Shown here: positions 1 to 11,104 of the stretch, piece after piece
How the letters are laid out: the number at the start of each line of letters is the position of its first letter
Position numbering within the stretch: the stretch's first letter is position 1
From: Squalus acanthias
Taxonomy: Eukaryota
Assembly (NCBI GenBank): GCA_030390025.1
Contig: CM059432.1
Coordinates: 41,046,001 to 41,110,000 of the forward strand
Direction: 5' to 3'
Length of the DNA stretch: 64,000 nucleotides
The notes under the pieces: generated by a model
What the model was told of the DNA's origin: nothing
Databases searched by the model: none
What the model saw: only the letters and a program-made list of their open reading frames with translations
Position numbers and translations under genes: made by a program

Positions 1-1058
1 CTCTCCACTGGTTGGAGTCATACCTAGCACAAAGGAAGATGGTTGTGGTGATTGAAGGTCAATCATCACAGCCCCAGGACATCGCTGCAGGAGTTCCTCA
101 GGGCAGTGTCCTAGGCCCAACCATCTTCAGCTGCTTCATCAATGACCTTCCCTCCAACATAAGGTCAGAAATGGGGATGTTCACAACTCCTCAGATAATG
201 AAGCAGTTCATGCCCACATGCAACAAGACCTGGATGACGTTCAGGCTTGGGCTGATAAGTGGCAGGTAACATTCGTGCCACAGAAGTGCCAGACAATGAC
301 TATCTCCAACAAGCGAGAGTCTAACCACCGCCCCTTGATATTCAATTGCATTACCATCGCCGAATCCCCCACCATCAACATCCTGGGGGGGTCACCATTG
401 ACCAGAAACTTAACTGGATTAGCCACATAAATACTGTGGCAACAAGAGCAGGTCAGAGGCTAGGTATTCTGTGGCGAGTGTCTCATTTCCTGACTCCCCA
501 AAGCCTTTCTACCATTTACAAGGCACAAGGAAGGAGTGTGATGAAATACTCTCCACTTGCACGGATGAGTGCAGTTCCAACACCACTCAAGAAGCTCGAC
601 ACCATCCAGGACAAAGCAGCCCGCTTGATTGGCACCCCATCTATCACCTTAAACATTCACTCCCTCCACCACTGGCGTACCATGGCTGCAGTGTGTACCA
701 TCTACAAGATGCACTGCAGCAACTCGCCAAGGCTTCTTCGACAGCACCTCCCAAACCCACGACCTCTTCCACCTCGAAGGACAAGGGCAGCAGACGCATG
801 GGAACACCACCACCTCCAAGTTCCCCTCCAAGTCACACACCATCCTGACTTAGAAGTATATCGCCGATCCTTCATCGTCGCTGGATTAAAATCCTGGAAC
901 TCCCTACCTAACAGCACTGTGGGAGTACCTTCACCACACGGACTGCAGTGGTTCAAGAAGGTGGCTCACCACCACCTTCTCGAGGGCAATTAGGGATGGG
1001 CAATAAATGCTGGCCTTGCCAGCGACACCCACATCCCATAAAAACAAATTTTAAAAAA
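1..1058 (+). mobile_element. 3' part of a CR1/L2-group non-LTR retrotransposon (RT ORF2 fragments, frameshifted)
   Basis: ORFs 12-269, 218-430 and 346-993 carry RT motifs ([24 protein letters not shown]). AATAAA at 1002 is followed by an A-rich tail. A second copy lies at 13960-14997 on the minus strand. Confidence 0.85.
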
Positions 1059-1484
1059 GTTGTTCCAGAACATAGGTCACGGTGAGTTGGAGTTTATACT
1101 GTTGCAAAGGTGGGTGAGTGCCGGAGTGAAGGAGTTGGTGAACAATGCACATCCCCACAGAAATGGTTTGGAAAGATGTTTGTAAGGTATCAGCTGAGAC
1201 ACAGAAATTTCAAATAATTTTTATTGGTTTGTTACAAATAAGCAGTGTCTTGCATCCCCACTGCAGGCACATAAATAAATAAATAACTGTTTTCACACAT
1301 ATCACAGTTATATAAATAAATTAGTCTGTGCATATCTCACGGGGGGAAAGCAAATTTTTACCTAGGTTATCAATGGACACTCTATGGTGTGATTTTTTAT
1401 AGTGAGGGCCAAAAAGTACATGAACTTAAGAAAAGGTTAAACAAGTTTGCATCTTTGTTTCTTTACTAAATATCTTTTCAGAGC

Positions 1485-1630
1485 AGTGTCCGCGGCCCAA
1501 CTATCTTCAGCTGCTTCATGAATGATGTGCCCTGCATCATGAGGTCAGAAGTGAGGCTGTTCGCTGATGATTGCAGTGTTCCTCTCCATTTGCAATTCCT
1601 CAGATAAGGAAGATGTCCAAGCCCGAATGT
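1485..1630 (+). mobile_element. Short RT fragment of the same LINE family as 1-1058
   Basis: gcagtgtcc..ggcccaactatcttcagctgcttcat..ggtcagaagtg resembles 103-180. Confidence 0.6.
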
Positions 1631-1718
1631 TAAAGTTCGCTCATGTGCAAAACTGCGAATGGGCCGCGCCGCCCCTTAAAGGGGCCGTGCACCCAAAAAT
1701 AAATTAGGGGGAACATTG
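1631..1718. mobile_element. Right-hand half of the hAT-type MITE seen complete at 12773-12934
   Basis: gccccttaaaggggccgtgcacccaaaa...gggaacattg matches about 12885-12934, including the terminal repeat. Confidence 0.6.
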
Positions 1719-1922
1719 CCCGAGGGCTCTCTGCTTCTTCCTTAAATGGAGGCCCAACCAGTCCCCATCCACCAACACCCTCAACTGCCTGGCTGAACTT
1801 GTTCTTGCATTGAACAACTTTTCCTTTGACTCCACTCACTTCCTTCAAATAAAATGTTGCTATGGGAACCTGTATGAGTTCTAGTTATACCTGCCTTTTT
1901 GTGGGATAGGTGGAACATTCTT

Positions 1923-4138
1923 TCATAGAATCATAGAAATTTACGGCACGGAAGGCAGCCTATCATGTCTGCGCCGGTCGAAAAAGAGCTATCCAGCCTA
2001 ATCCCACTTTCCAGCTCTTGGTCTGTAGCCTTGCAGGTTACGGCACTTCTGCATATCCAAGTACTTTTTAAAATGTGATGCGGGTTTCTGCCTCTACCAC
2101 CAAGATCCAGACCCCACTGTCCTCTGGGTGAAAAAATGTCTCCTCAACTCCCCTCTAATCCTCTACCAATTACTTTAAATCTATGCCACCTGGATATTGA
2201 CCTCACTGCTAAGGGAAATCAATGCTTCCTATCCACTCTATCTCGGCCCCTCATCATTTTATACACCTCAATTAAGACTCCCCTCAGCCTCCTCTGTTCC
2301 AAAGAAAACAACCCCAGCCTATCCAATCTTTCCTCATAGCTAAAATTCTCCAGTCCTGGCAACATCCTCATAAATCTCCTCTGTACCCTCTCTAGTGCAA
2401 TCACATCCTTCCTGTAATGTGGTGACCAGAACTGTACACAGTACTCTAGCTGTGGCCTAACTAGTGTTTTATACAGTTCAAGCATAACCTCTCTGCTGTA
2501 TGCCTTGGCTATTAAAGGAAAGTATCCCGTATACCTTCTTAACCACCTTATCTACCTGTCCTGCTACCTTCAGGGATCTGTGGACATGCACTCCAAGGTC
2601 CTGCTGTTCCTCTACATTGCTCAGTATCCTACCATTTATTGTGTATTCCCTTGCCTTGTTAGCTCTCCCCAAATGCATTACCTCACACTTCTCCGGATTG
2701 GATTCCATTTGCCACTTTTCTGCCCACCTGACCAGTCCATTGATATCTTCCTGCAGTCTACAGCTTTCTTCCTCACTATCAACCACATGGCCAAATTTTG
2801 TATCTGCAAATTTCTTAATCATGCCCCCTACACTGAAGTCTAAATCATTGATACAGACCACAAAAAGCAAGGGACCTAGTACTGAGCCCTGTGGAACCCC
2901 ACTGGAAACAGCCTTCCAGTCACAAAAATACCCGTCGACCATTACCTTTTGCTTCCTGCCACTGAGCCAATTTTGGATCCAACTTGCCACTTTCCCTTGG
3001 ATCTGATGGGCTTTTACTTTTTTGACCAACCTGCCATGTGGGACCTTGTCAAAGGCCTTGCTAAAATCCATGTAGACTACATCAAACACACTGGCCTAGA
3101 AATTCGCGTGGCCGGCTTGCCGCGGGGGTAAGGATCGCGCGTGCTCTTACCCACCGCGCCTGCCGTTGTGTTTTGGGCCCACAGGAACTTCGGGTCCCGG
3201 GCCTCTCCCAAGAGCTGGCGCGCAGTGCTTGCGTGTTCCAGGGGCGCAGTTAGTGCGATGCGACCCCTGGGATCACGTGGGCCATGGAGAGCCAATGGCA
3301 GCAGACCATCTTTCATTCATAGATTTGACAGGAGCCTGTCAAATCTGTGAATTGAAATCGGCCCCAAAAGAACAGCTAAACTTAAAATAAATTTTAAAAA
3401 ACCATCACATTTATAAAATAACTATAGTTAAATAAATTAACCACTTTAAACAAAAATTAAAATTTTTGAAAAAATTAAAATACTTTTTAAAAGTGATAAA
3501 AATAAACTTACCTTTCTTTAAAGTATCTAAAAAAGATAAAGGTGTTGAAAAAAATTTAAAATTATACTTAATTAACTACTTACCTTGTTCAAAAGGGGTC
3601 TTACGCCTCCTTTTTACTAGCGTAGAATCTTCAATACTTACCCTCGCGTTGAAACCTGAAAAAAAATCTAAGTGTGCTGCGTGCGCGCAGCCTCTAGCGC
3701 GCACGCGGTTCACCTAGGAACCGCCCCCTTCACCATACCGGAAGTTCCGGTTTCCCGCGCATGCGCAGTGCATGCAGGAAACCGGCACTTCGGGAATGAA
3801 TACGGGTGAGTACGGACTATGTACTCACCCGGGAATGGCCGAATTTTTGGGCCACTATCTTTATCCACCCTCCTCATTACCTCCTCAAAAAATTCAATCA
3901 AGTTAGTGAGACACGACCTTCCCTTAACAATTCCATGCTGACTGTCCTTGATTAATCCGTGACTTTCTAAATGACGATTTATACTGTCCCTCAGAATTAT
4001 TTCCAATAATTTCCCCACCACTGAGGTTAGGCTGACTGGCCTGTAATTACTTGGTCTATCCCTTTCTCCCTTTTTAAACAACGGCACGTTAGCAGTCCTC
4101 CAGTACCACGCCTGTAGCCAGAGAGGATTGGAAAATGA
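1923..4138 (-). mobile_element. CR1 LINE 3' fragment, interrupted by a MITE at 3093-3853
   Basis: RT ORFs 3710-4087, 2478-3089 and 2219-2485 (NYRPVSLTS, DFSKAFDKV, EYCVQFWSP). (TTCTATGA)-type tail at about 1924-1938. Confidence 0.92.
3093..3853. mobile_element. PIF/Harbinger-type MITE, 761 bp, copy 1
   Basis: Imperfect 14-bp TIRs GGCCTAGAAATTCG / CGAATTTTTGGGCC. 3-bp TSD ACT (3090-3092, 3854-3856). It interrupts the CR1 RT. An inverted copy lies at 42656-43424. Confidence 0.85.
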
Positions 4139-4366
4139 TGTTCCAGTCCTACTCAGGTCATCCCCCTCATCTCCTCTTCCAGTACATTGATGACTGCATC
4201 AGTGCCGCTTCCTGCTCTCACCCCGAACTGGAAAATCTCATCAACTTTGCTTCCAATTTCCATCCCTCCCTTCCCTTCCCATGGTCCATCTCCGACTCTT
4301 CCCTTTCCTTCCTCAACTTTTCTATCTCCATTTCTGGGGATAGACTGTCAACCAATATCTACTATA

Positions 4367-4502
4367 GCGATAGCAAAATACTGCGGATGCTGGAAAATTG
4401 AAACAACAACAGAAAACGCTGGAAAAACTCAGCAGGCCAGGCAACATCCATGGAGAGAGAAACAGAGTTAACGTTTCAGGTCGAAACCCTTCGTCAGAAC
4501 TA
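4367..4502 (-). mobile_element. Solo Penelope terminal repeat (pLTR) insert carrying a hammerhead motif
   Basis: Reverse complement of about 6537-6640. Flanked by the duplication CTACTATA (4359-4366, 4503-4510). Confidence 0.8.
4466..4501 (-). ncRNA. Minimal type I hammerhead ribozyme motif
   Basis: Minus strand reads AGTT-CTGACGA-A-GGGT-TTCG-ACCT-GAAA-CG-TT-AACT: core CUGANGA/GAAA, stem I AGUU/AACU, stem II with a UUCG loop, palindromic stem III. Confidence 0.75.
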
Positions 4503-4643
4503 CTACTATAAGCCCACTGACTCCCACAGCACTTCCTCCCACCCCGCTTCCTGGAAGAACTTTATTCCATTCTCCCAGTGTATCAGTCTCCATCACATCT
4601 GTTCCGACAATGCCACCTTTCATATTAGTGCTTCCAATATATA

Positions 4644-5122
4644 CATAGGATTACATAGGATATACAGCACAGAATCAGGCCATTCGGCCCAACCAGTCCA
4701 TGCCAGCGTTTATGCTCCACTCGAGCCTCCTCCCGTCTTTCCTCATCTATCTCTGTCAGCATAACCCTCTATTCCCTTCTCCCTCATATGCTTATCTAGC
4801 CTCCCCTTAACTGCATCTATACTATTCGCTTCAACCACTCCCTGTGTGAGCGAGTTCCACATTCTCACCACTCTCTGGGTAAAGAAGTTTCTTCTGAATT
4901 CCCTACTTGATTTCTTGGTGATTATCTTATATTGATGTCCTCTAGTTTTGCTCTTCCCTACAAGTGGAAGCACTCTTTCTCTGTCTACTCTATCAAAACC
5001 TTTCATAATTTTAAAGACCTCTATTAGGTCACCCTTCAGCCTTCTCTTTTCAAGAGAAAAGAGACCCAGCCTATTCATCCTTTCCTGATAGGTATACCCT
5101 CGCATTTCTGGTATCATCCTTG
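4644..5122 (-). mobile_element. CR1 LINE 3' fragment
   Basis: ORF 4743-5147 (GLFSLEKRRLKGDLIEVFKI...WNSL). Tandem catagga tail at 4644-4660. Confidence 0.88.
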
Positions 5123-5195
5123 GTTCATAGGTTCCTATTATCAGCAAAGTTCCATGGTAATATATAATAAAAGCAAATGAAACAAGATCATTCCT

Positions 5196-6637
5196 TTCCG
5201 GTACATTGATGACTGTATCGGTGCCGTCTCCTGCTCTCGCCCTGAACTAGAACATTTCATTCACTATGCTTCCAATTTCCACCCTTCCCTCACCTTCACA
5301 TGGTCCATCTCCGACTCTTCCCTTCCCTTCCTCGACTTCTCCATCTCCATCTCTGGGGATAGGTTATTGACTAACATTCACTACAAGCCCACTGACTCCC
5401 ACAGCTACCTGGACTACACTTCCTCCCACCCCGCCTCCTGTAAGGACTCTATTCCATTCTCCCAGCTTCTCCGTCTCCGCCGCATCTGCTCTGATGATGC
5501 CACCTTCCATACCAGTGCTTCCGACATGTCTTCCTTTTTCCTCAACCGAGGATTCCCCTCTACCGTGGTCGACACGGCCCTCGACCGTGTCCGTTCTATC
5601 TCCCGCACATCTGCCCTCACCCCTGCCCCTCCCTCCCGGAACCACGATAGGGTTCCCCTTGTCCTCACCTTTCACCCCACCAGCCTCCACATTCAACGGA
5701 TCATCCTCCGCCATTTCCGCCACCTCCAGCGTGATCCCACCACCAAACACATCTTCCCCTCACCTCCCCTTTCAGCATTCCGTAGGGACCGCTCCCTCCG
5801 CGACACCCTAGTCCACTCCTCTACCACCCCCAGCACCCCTTCCCCTTCGCCCGGCACCTTCCCGTGCACGCGCAGGAGATGCAACACATGCCCTTATACC
5901 TCCCCTCTTCCCACTGTCCAGGGCCCCAAACACCCCTTCCAGGTGAAACAGCGATTTACTTGTACTTCCTGCAATTTAGTATACTGTATTCGCTGCTCAC
6001 GATGTGGACTCCTCTACATTGGGGAGACCAAACGCAGATTGGGTGACCGCTTTGCGGAACACCTCCGTTCAGTCCATAAGGGGGACCCCGAGCTTCCGGT
6101 GGCCTGTCACTTTAATTCACCGCTTCACTCCCACTCTGACTTCACCGTCCTCGGCCTATTACACTGTTCCACGGAAGCTCAGCGTAAGCTCGAGGAACAG
6201 CACCTCATCTTTCGTTTAGGCACGCTACAGCCCTCTGGACTCAATATCGAGTTCAACAATTTTAGATCATAACCTCAGCTCCAATCACATTTATATTTTA
6301 TTTTATCCACCCTTTTATTTGTCCCCCCCCACCTTTTTTTTTCCTCCTAGAAGCTGGCAGCTGTCCTTCATTCTGCCAGTGGATTTCACACTTCATTCAG
6401 CCTTAATCCACCTCTAGCCTTGCATATCTCTTAATGTCTCTTAATGTCTCTTCATCTCCCCCTTTGTTCCTTTATCCCCTCCCCCTTTTCCCAGCTTTAC
6501 CCTGGCCTTAAATCTATTTGATTTCCGGCTCTTCCCAGTTCTGATGAAAGGTCATCGACCTGAAACGTTAACTCTCTTTCTCTCTCCACGGATGCTGCCT
6601 GGCCTGCTGAGTTTTTCCAGCGTTTTCTGTTGTTATT
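5196..6637 (+). mobile_element. Young 5'-truncated Penelope-like element: open frame 5196-6272 (RT C-terminal part plus GIY-YIG endonuclease) followed by a pLTR
   Basis: The frame is open from FRYIDD at 5196 into ORF 5367-6272 (358 aa, no stops). CxxxxCxxC linker and VYCIRCSRCGLLYIGETKR..RFAEH GIY-YIG motif. Flanked by the duplication TCATTCCT (5188-5195, 6638-6645). Confidence 0.92.
6537..6573 (+). ncRNA. Minimal type I hammerhead ribozyme motif in the Penelope pLTR
   Basis: AGTT-CTGATGA-A-AGGTC-ATC-GACCT-GAAA-CG-TT-AACT. Predicted cleavage is after GUU at 6569. Confidence 0.8.
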
Positions 6638-8811
6638 TCATTCCTAATAAAGTAATCTTAGAATTAATTTTAATCTATATCTTTCTTTTTCCTCAACCAA
6701 GGATTCCCCCCCACTGTGTTTGACAGGGCCCTCGACCGTGTCCGTCCCATTTCCCGCACGTCTGCTCTCACTCCTTCCCCTCCCTCCCAGAACCATGATA
6801 GGGTGCCCCCCTGTCCTCACCTTTCACCCCACCAGCCTCCACATTCAATGGATCATCCCCCGCCATTTCCGCCACCTCCAGCCTGATATCACCATCAAAC
6901 ATATCTTCCCCTGCCCTACCTTTTCAGCATTCTGCAGGAACTGTTCCCACCGCGATACCCTGGTCCACTCCTGAAATCACGCCCAATACCCCCTCCCTTC
7001 CCACAGCACCATCCCACGCAAGTGCAGGACATGCAACACGTGAACATTTACCGCCTCTCTTCCCACTGTACAGGTCCCCAAACACTCCTTTCAGGTGAAA
7101 CAGTGATTTACTTGTACTTCTTTCAATTTAGTGTATTGTATTCACTGCTCACGATGCAGTCTCCTCTGCATTGGGGAGACCAAACGCAGATTGGGTGATC
7201 GCTTTGCTGAACACCTCTGTTCTGTCTGCAAGCGTGACCCTGAGCTTCCGGTTGCTTGTCATTTTAATTCTCCGCTCCACTCCCACCTCTCTGTCCTTGG
7301 CCTCTTACACTGTTCTAATGAAGTTCAACAAAAGCTCGAGGAACAGCACCTCATCTTTCGATTAGGCAATTTACAGCCTTATGGACTCAACATTGAGTTC
7401 AACAATTTCAGATCATAACCACCGCTCCCATTTTTTTCGGACAGCAGGTGCTGGTAATGATTCTGCTATTGCCATTTACACCTCCTCTAGACCCATCTTT
7501 TGTTTCTTTTTATTTGTCCCATTACCACCCCCTTTGCCTTGCACCATCATATCCCTTTTGTCATTTAATCACTCCTGCCTTCCACCCTTTCACAGACATT
7601 CCCTTTTGTTCTTTCCTCCCCGCCTCACTTTCCCTGCCTCTGTACTTGCTTAAAATCTGTTACATCTCTAACTTTTCCAATTCTGATGAAGGGTCATCGA
7701 CCTGAAACATTAACTGTTTCTTTCTCCACAGATGCTGCCTGACCAGCTGAGCATTTCCAGCAATTTCTGTTTTTATTTCTGCTTAAATAACCTTGTTTAA
7801 AATTCCAGACTTTAATTAATATCCCTATAAACTAGAACAATGGCATAGCCCTTTCAAAATTTCTGCTGGTACATTAATCCATTTTTTGTTGGTTATTTTT
7901 TAGTTCTGAAATAAACTTAAATACACACAATAAATAGCTGATAAAGATATTAAAATGTTATAAAATAAACATTAAACAGTACAAATTTTCAAGTGCATCA
8001 TTTCATGTGTCACACATACAACATGCTGTATTTCCTAAATAAATAGTTCCTTGAATATAGTAACACACATTATTCTTCTCAGCAAAGTTACCTCAAAAAA
8101 TCTGCATTTACCCAGTTTACTTTTACTGCTCCTAAAAATTGCTTCCCAGTTTGTCTTGCCAGTGCTTCTCCATTGCTGGATCAGGGGACAGGAGGAAGAG
8201 TTTACTAACAGAACATCTTGACATGCCAGTCTTGCTGTCAGTCAAATAAATTCTGAGATGGATGCTGGGAAAAAAACTCTTATTACTTTGTACAGTCTCT
8301 TCATTTGGCACAAACCCAGGAACTCAAGCCCATGCTTCTTAGAGAAAACAGGGTGTTTAATGCAAAATATTGCTCTACAAGTTATGATTTTCTTGTAAGT
8401 TTTTCAAATGTTTTTATTATGTTACAAACCTTATTTCTAGCACTAAGTTTCTCAGACAGCAGGTGTTCGAGATGGTGACTGAAAGAATTTTCAAAAAATA
8501 CTTGGAGCAATTTTATTCATTCAAGAACACCGGTTGATGAAATGTCTGTCTTTCTTTTTATATTTTTTTTTAAATGTGATTGCTAATGTTATTTGTAAGT
8601 CATAGGCTAGACATTCTGACTCCTGTATTAAGGTATTTTCAGTTGGTGAGAGAGTCTCTCAGCACATCTTTTAATACAAGATTGTTAGAAGAAATTTGCA
8701 TATGACCAATTTGCTGCAAGAAATTTGCCCAGAATAAATTTGCCTATAATTAAGTGTGACTAAGAAATATATCTGATAGGAAATATTATAGACAGATGTC
8801 TAGAAGATTAC

Positions 8812-9017
8812 CTGAATAATGGTCGAAGCATGGATATGTCCAGGGCCTGCCGATCTTCAGGACAATTATGGTTCTGCACGAGCCACCCGTGGATACATGA
8901 TGTGCAGAAGGCATGTTCACACGGAGCCTGTAAAGGATTCTCCAACACATCTCGGCAGATGCAACACAACAGTCCTTCATTTATGTAGCCTACAAATCGC
9001 TCTATGTCATACCCCAT
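8812..9017 (-). CDS. First coding exon of an RNF41(NRDP1)/RNF151-like RING finger E3 ligase; the exon spans 8812-9037 and further exons lie left of the window or were not recognised
   Basis: MGYDIERFVG..CCIC..APCEHAFCTSC..CPEDR is a C3HC3D RING resembling the RNF41 N-terminus. Acceptor CAG at 9040-9038 with a pyrimidine tract; donor AG|GTAAT at 8811 (phase 2). Confidence 0.9.
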
Positions 9018-9219
9018 TCTCTTACTGTACTCTGCACCTGTTTTTAAAGAGAAAGTAGGCTAACAAAATATTAAAGTTTAAAAATAAATTACATGCAATA
9101 TAATTTTTGCTTTAATACTGAATAAAGCCATTGCTTTTTCTTCCTAATTAATTGATAAACAATACAAGTTTGACTTCTACGAGACCATAGAGATACTTAA
9201 TGTGATGATACTACATTGT

Positions 9220-9610
9220 GGTGTGTTGAGCAAAGTGATTCTCTGAGCCATATAGATGAGGGAAATCCCAGATTTGTGCTGAAATCAGTGCTGAATTTAT
9301 TGATCTTAGCCAAGACAGCAGTAAGGGCACTAAAATTGGCCACAGTGTCCCCAGGTTAGAAAATAAAATAAAATCAGCTTGAATTCCCATTTCAGAACAG
9401 TATACAGTGTCCTCTACTGGAAGTTGTGTGTGTAGATGCTGGGTAAGTACAGCATTGGGCTCAGTTGTGATGTCTTCTGCAGTCGGTTAGCCTGCTGCTA
9501 CTCACTGTTAAGCTACAGACATGAATAATACCCACTTGGCACTTGGGGGGCAAGTGATGCCTGTTGAACTGTATCCCAGTGAGGAAGCCAATGGCTTCAG
9601 GAGAGGATTG
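9220..9610 (+). repeat. Old SINE-like repeat; related degraded copies at about 20490-20720, 23600-23860, 48700-48890 and 51060-51260
   Basis: Patchy shared words (ctgagccata, tgctgaatt, ttggcc..agt, ggattgggct). Highly diverged and family not assigned. Confidence 0.35.
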
Positions 9611-10120
9611 GGGGGCGGGGGGGGGAAGCACAGTGATTGTGTGTGCACTGTGCACACTCACAAGTTGCACCTTTAACCCACAATGTGCAAACAGTCTTCA
9701 GAGCAAGTTTGTTTTTGTTAATTCCTTAGTATTCTCCTGATTGGGGAAGGTGGGATTGCTTTATCCACAAGCATCATTAGTGGCACTTCGTATTTGTTCA
9801 GCAAAGGGTATATTTGAGCAGCATGGAGAGAACCTCACCCCAGCCATTTTTCACTTCTGGTCAAAAAATAGCAAAATGTTACAGTCAAGTTGAAGTTTGA
9901 AAGTTAACCTCAATTTCTAAGACACATGTTTTTAATGCTCTAGAATTTATAGCTGCCAGAGTAAGTTTTTGAAAAAAAAGATTCCTACTATTAGAACAAC
10001 ATCACTGACTATTAGACAACGTCACTGTTTCTTTTCTAACTAGCTTTAATACTTAATTAAAAACACATTCCTTTACATGCCAAAAGAAAAATCACAGAAT
10101 TTTGGGCCCTTTGATTCTAT

Positions 10121-10994
10121 GGCCCCGATATTAATGGGAAGGATCCGGGGAGCACGTAATCGGCCAAGGAATCCGGCAAGACCAGAGATGTGGATACCCT
10201 GCCGATCTTCACGGCAGGGCCTTAATACAACACAGTTGGGCAGCCTCCCGCCCGGCAGTCAGGCAGATGGATAGCCTAGCCAGCGGGCGGAAGGGTAAAT
10301 GAGCAGTTGGAGGCCACAGCCGGGGACCAGTGAAGAAAGTCCCCAGCGCTCAGTAGGGAGCATCAGTTTCAGGCTCGTGATGGGAAGAAAATGGGGGAGG
10401 CTGGAGATCAGGGACGTGGCGAGGAGATGGCTCTGGGCAGCGTTTTGTGGGAGGGGGGAAGGGGGTGTATTGCCCTGATCGGGGGCAGGGGGGTTGCTTG
10501 CCGCAATCGAGGCCGGGGGGCGACTTGCCATGATCAGGGCCATGGGGGGGGGGGGCCGGGGTATCTGTCTGCAATCGGGGGTGGTAGCCTGATTCAAGGA
10601 AGACCGAAGGGTTCCTTGTGAGGCCCAGAGGAGCATTCCTGCCCCTCCTGGCCCACAAGACAACCTAAAAAATAAATTTGAAACTTACCTGCTGGGCCTC
10701 TTCTGGTCCAAGATCCAGCTCCCGGCAGGTTTTGCCTGACGGGGGAGCCGACACTACCCCCTCACTTGGGCCTCAGGTTGATATTGCAGATTGGGACCTG
10801 ATCTGCATATTTAAAAAAAGACTGCTTCTTTCCTGCGGGTGTCCTGCTCAAAAAAGCAGGTTAATATGGGGGACACGCCGGGAAGGAAGTGGGATTGCTG
10901 GGGGTAACTGACACCAGTTATTTTAACTGCCCTCTCCCTCTCTACCCACCCCCGGCCCAGTTTCCACCAGGTAGTGGCTGTTAAAATTGGGGCC
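10121..10994. mobile_element. GC-rich MITE, probably PIF/Harbinger type (second family)
   Basis: TIRs GGCCCCGATATTAA / TTAAAATTGGGGCC. Flanks TAT/GAT are an imperfect 3-bp TSD. No coding capacity. Confidence 0.65.
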
Positions 10995-11104
10995 GATTGT
11001 TCAGTTACACATACATGTGTTACATTCTGCGTGAGGTATTTTTAGATCAAATGCATGCAAGGATGTGACTGAACTAACACTTCCAGGTGAAGGCTGGGGA
11101 TATC

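Larger units (their letters stand above)
1719..7780 (+). mobile_element. Old Penelope-like element split into four pieces (about 1719-1922, 4139-4366, 4503-4638, 6676-7780) by later insertions
   Basis: The pieces are collinear with a PLE ORF: AMG motif near 1860, QYIDD in ORF 4135-4401, YKPTDSH, and a degenerate GIY-YIG (YCIHCSRCSLLCIGET, ORF 7131-7418). A terminal repeat with a hammerhead-like motif follows at 7683. Confidence 0.8.

Noticed and set aside
1060..1480. Next exon of the RING finger gene in unique AT-rich DNA
   Set aside because: No open frame with convincing splice sites or TRAF/SIAH-type zinc finger residues was found. The exon probably lies left of the window.
2500..3006. Long ORFs antisense to CR1 (also 26386-26766, 40908-41318, 44166-44606, 54152-54556, 55210-55614)
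   Set aside because: They are shadow frames of CR1 ORF2 that recur in every copy, with no independent gene signal.
3077..3390. Short ORFs repeated at 43125-43438 that look like a conserved small protein
   Set aside because: The similarity is explained by the two MITE copies. There is no transposase or other domain motif.
10259..10663. Pro/Gly-rich ORFs in GC-rich DNA
   Set aside because: They lie inside a TIR-bounded repeat, are low-complexity and have no domain motif.
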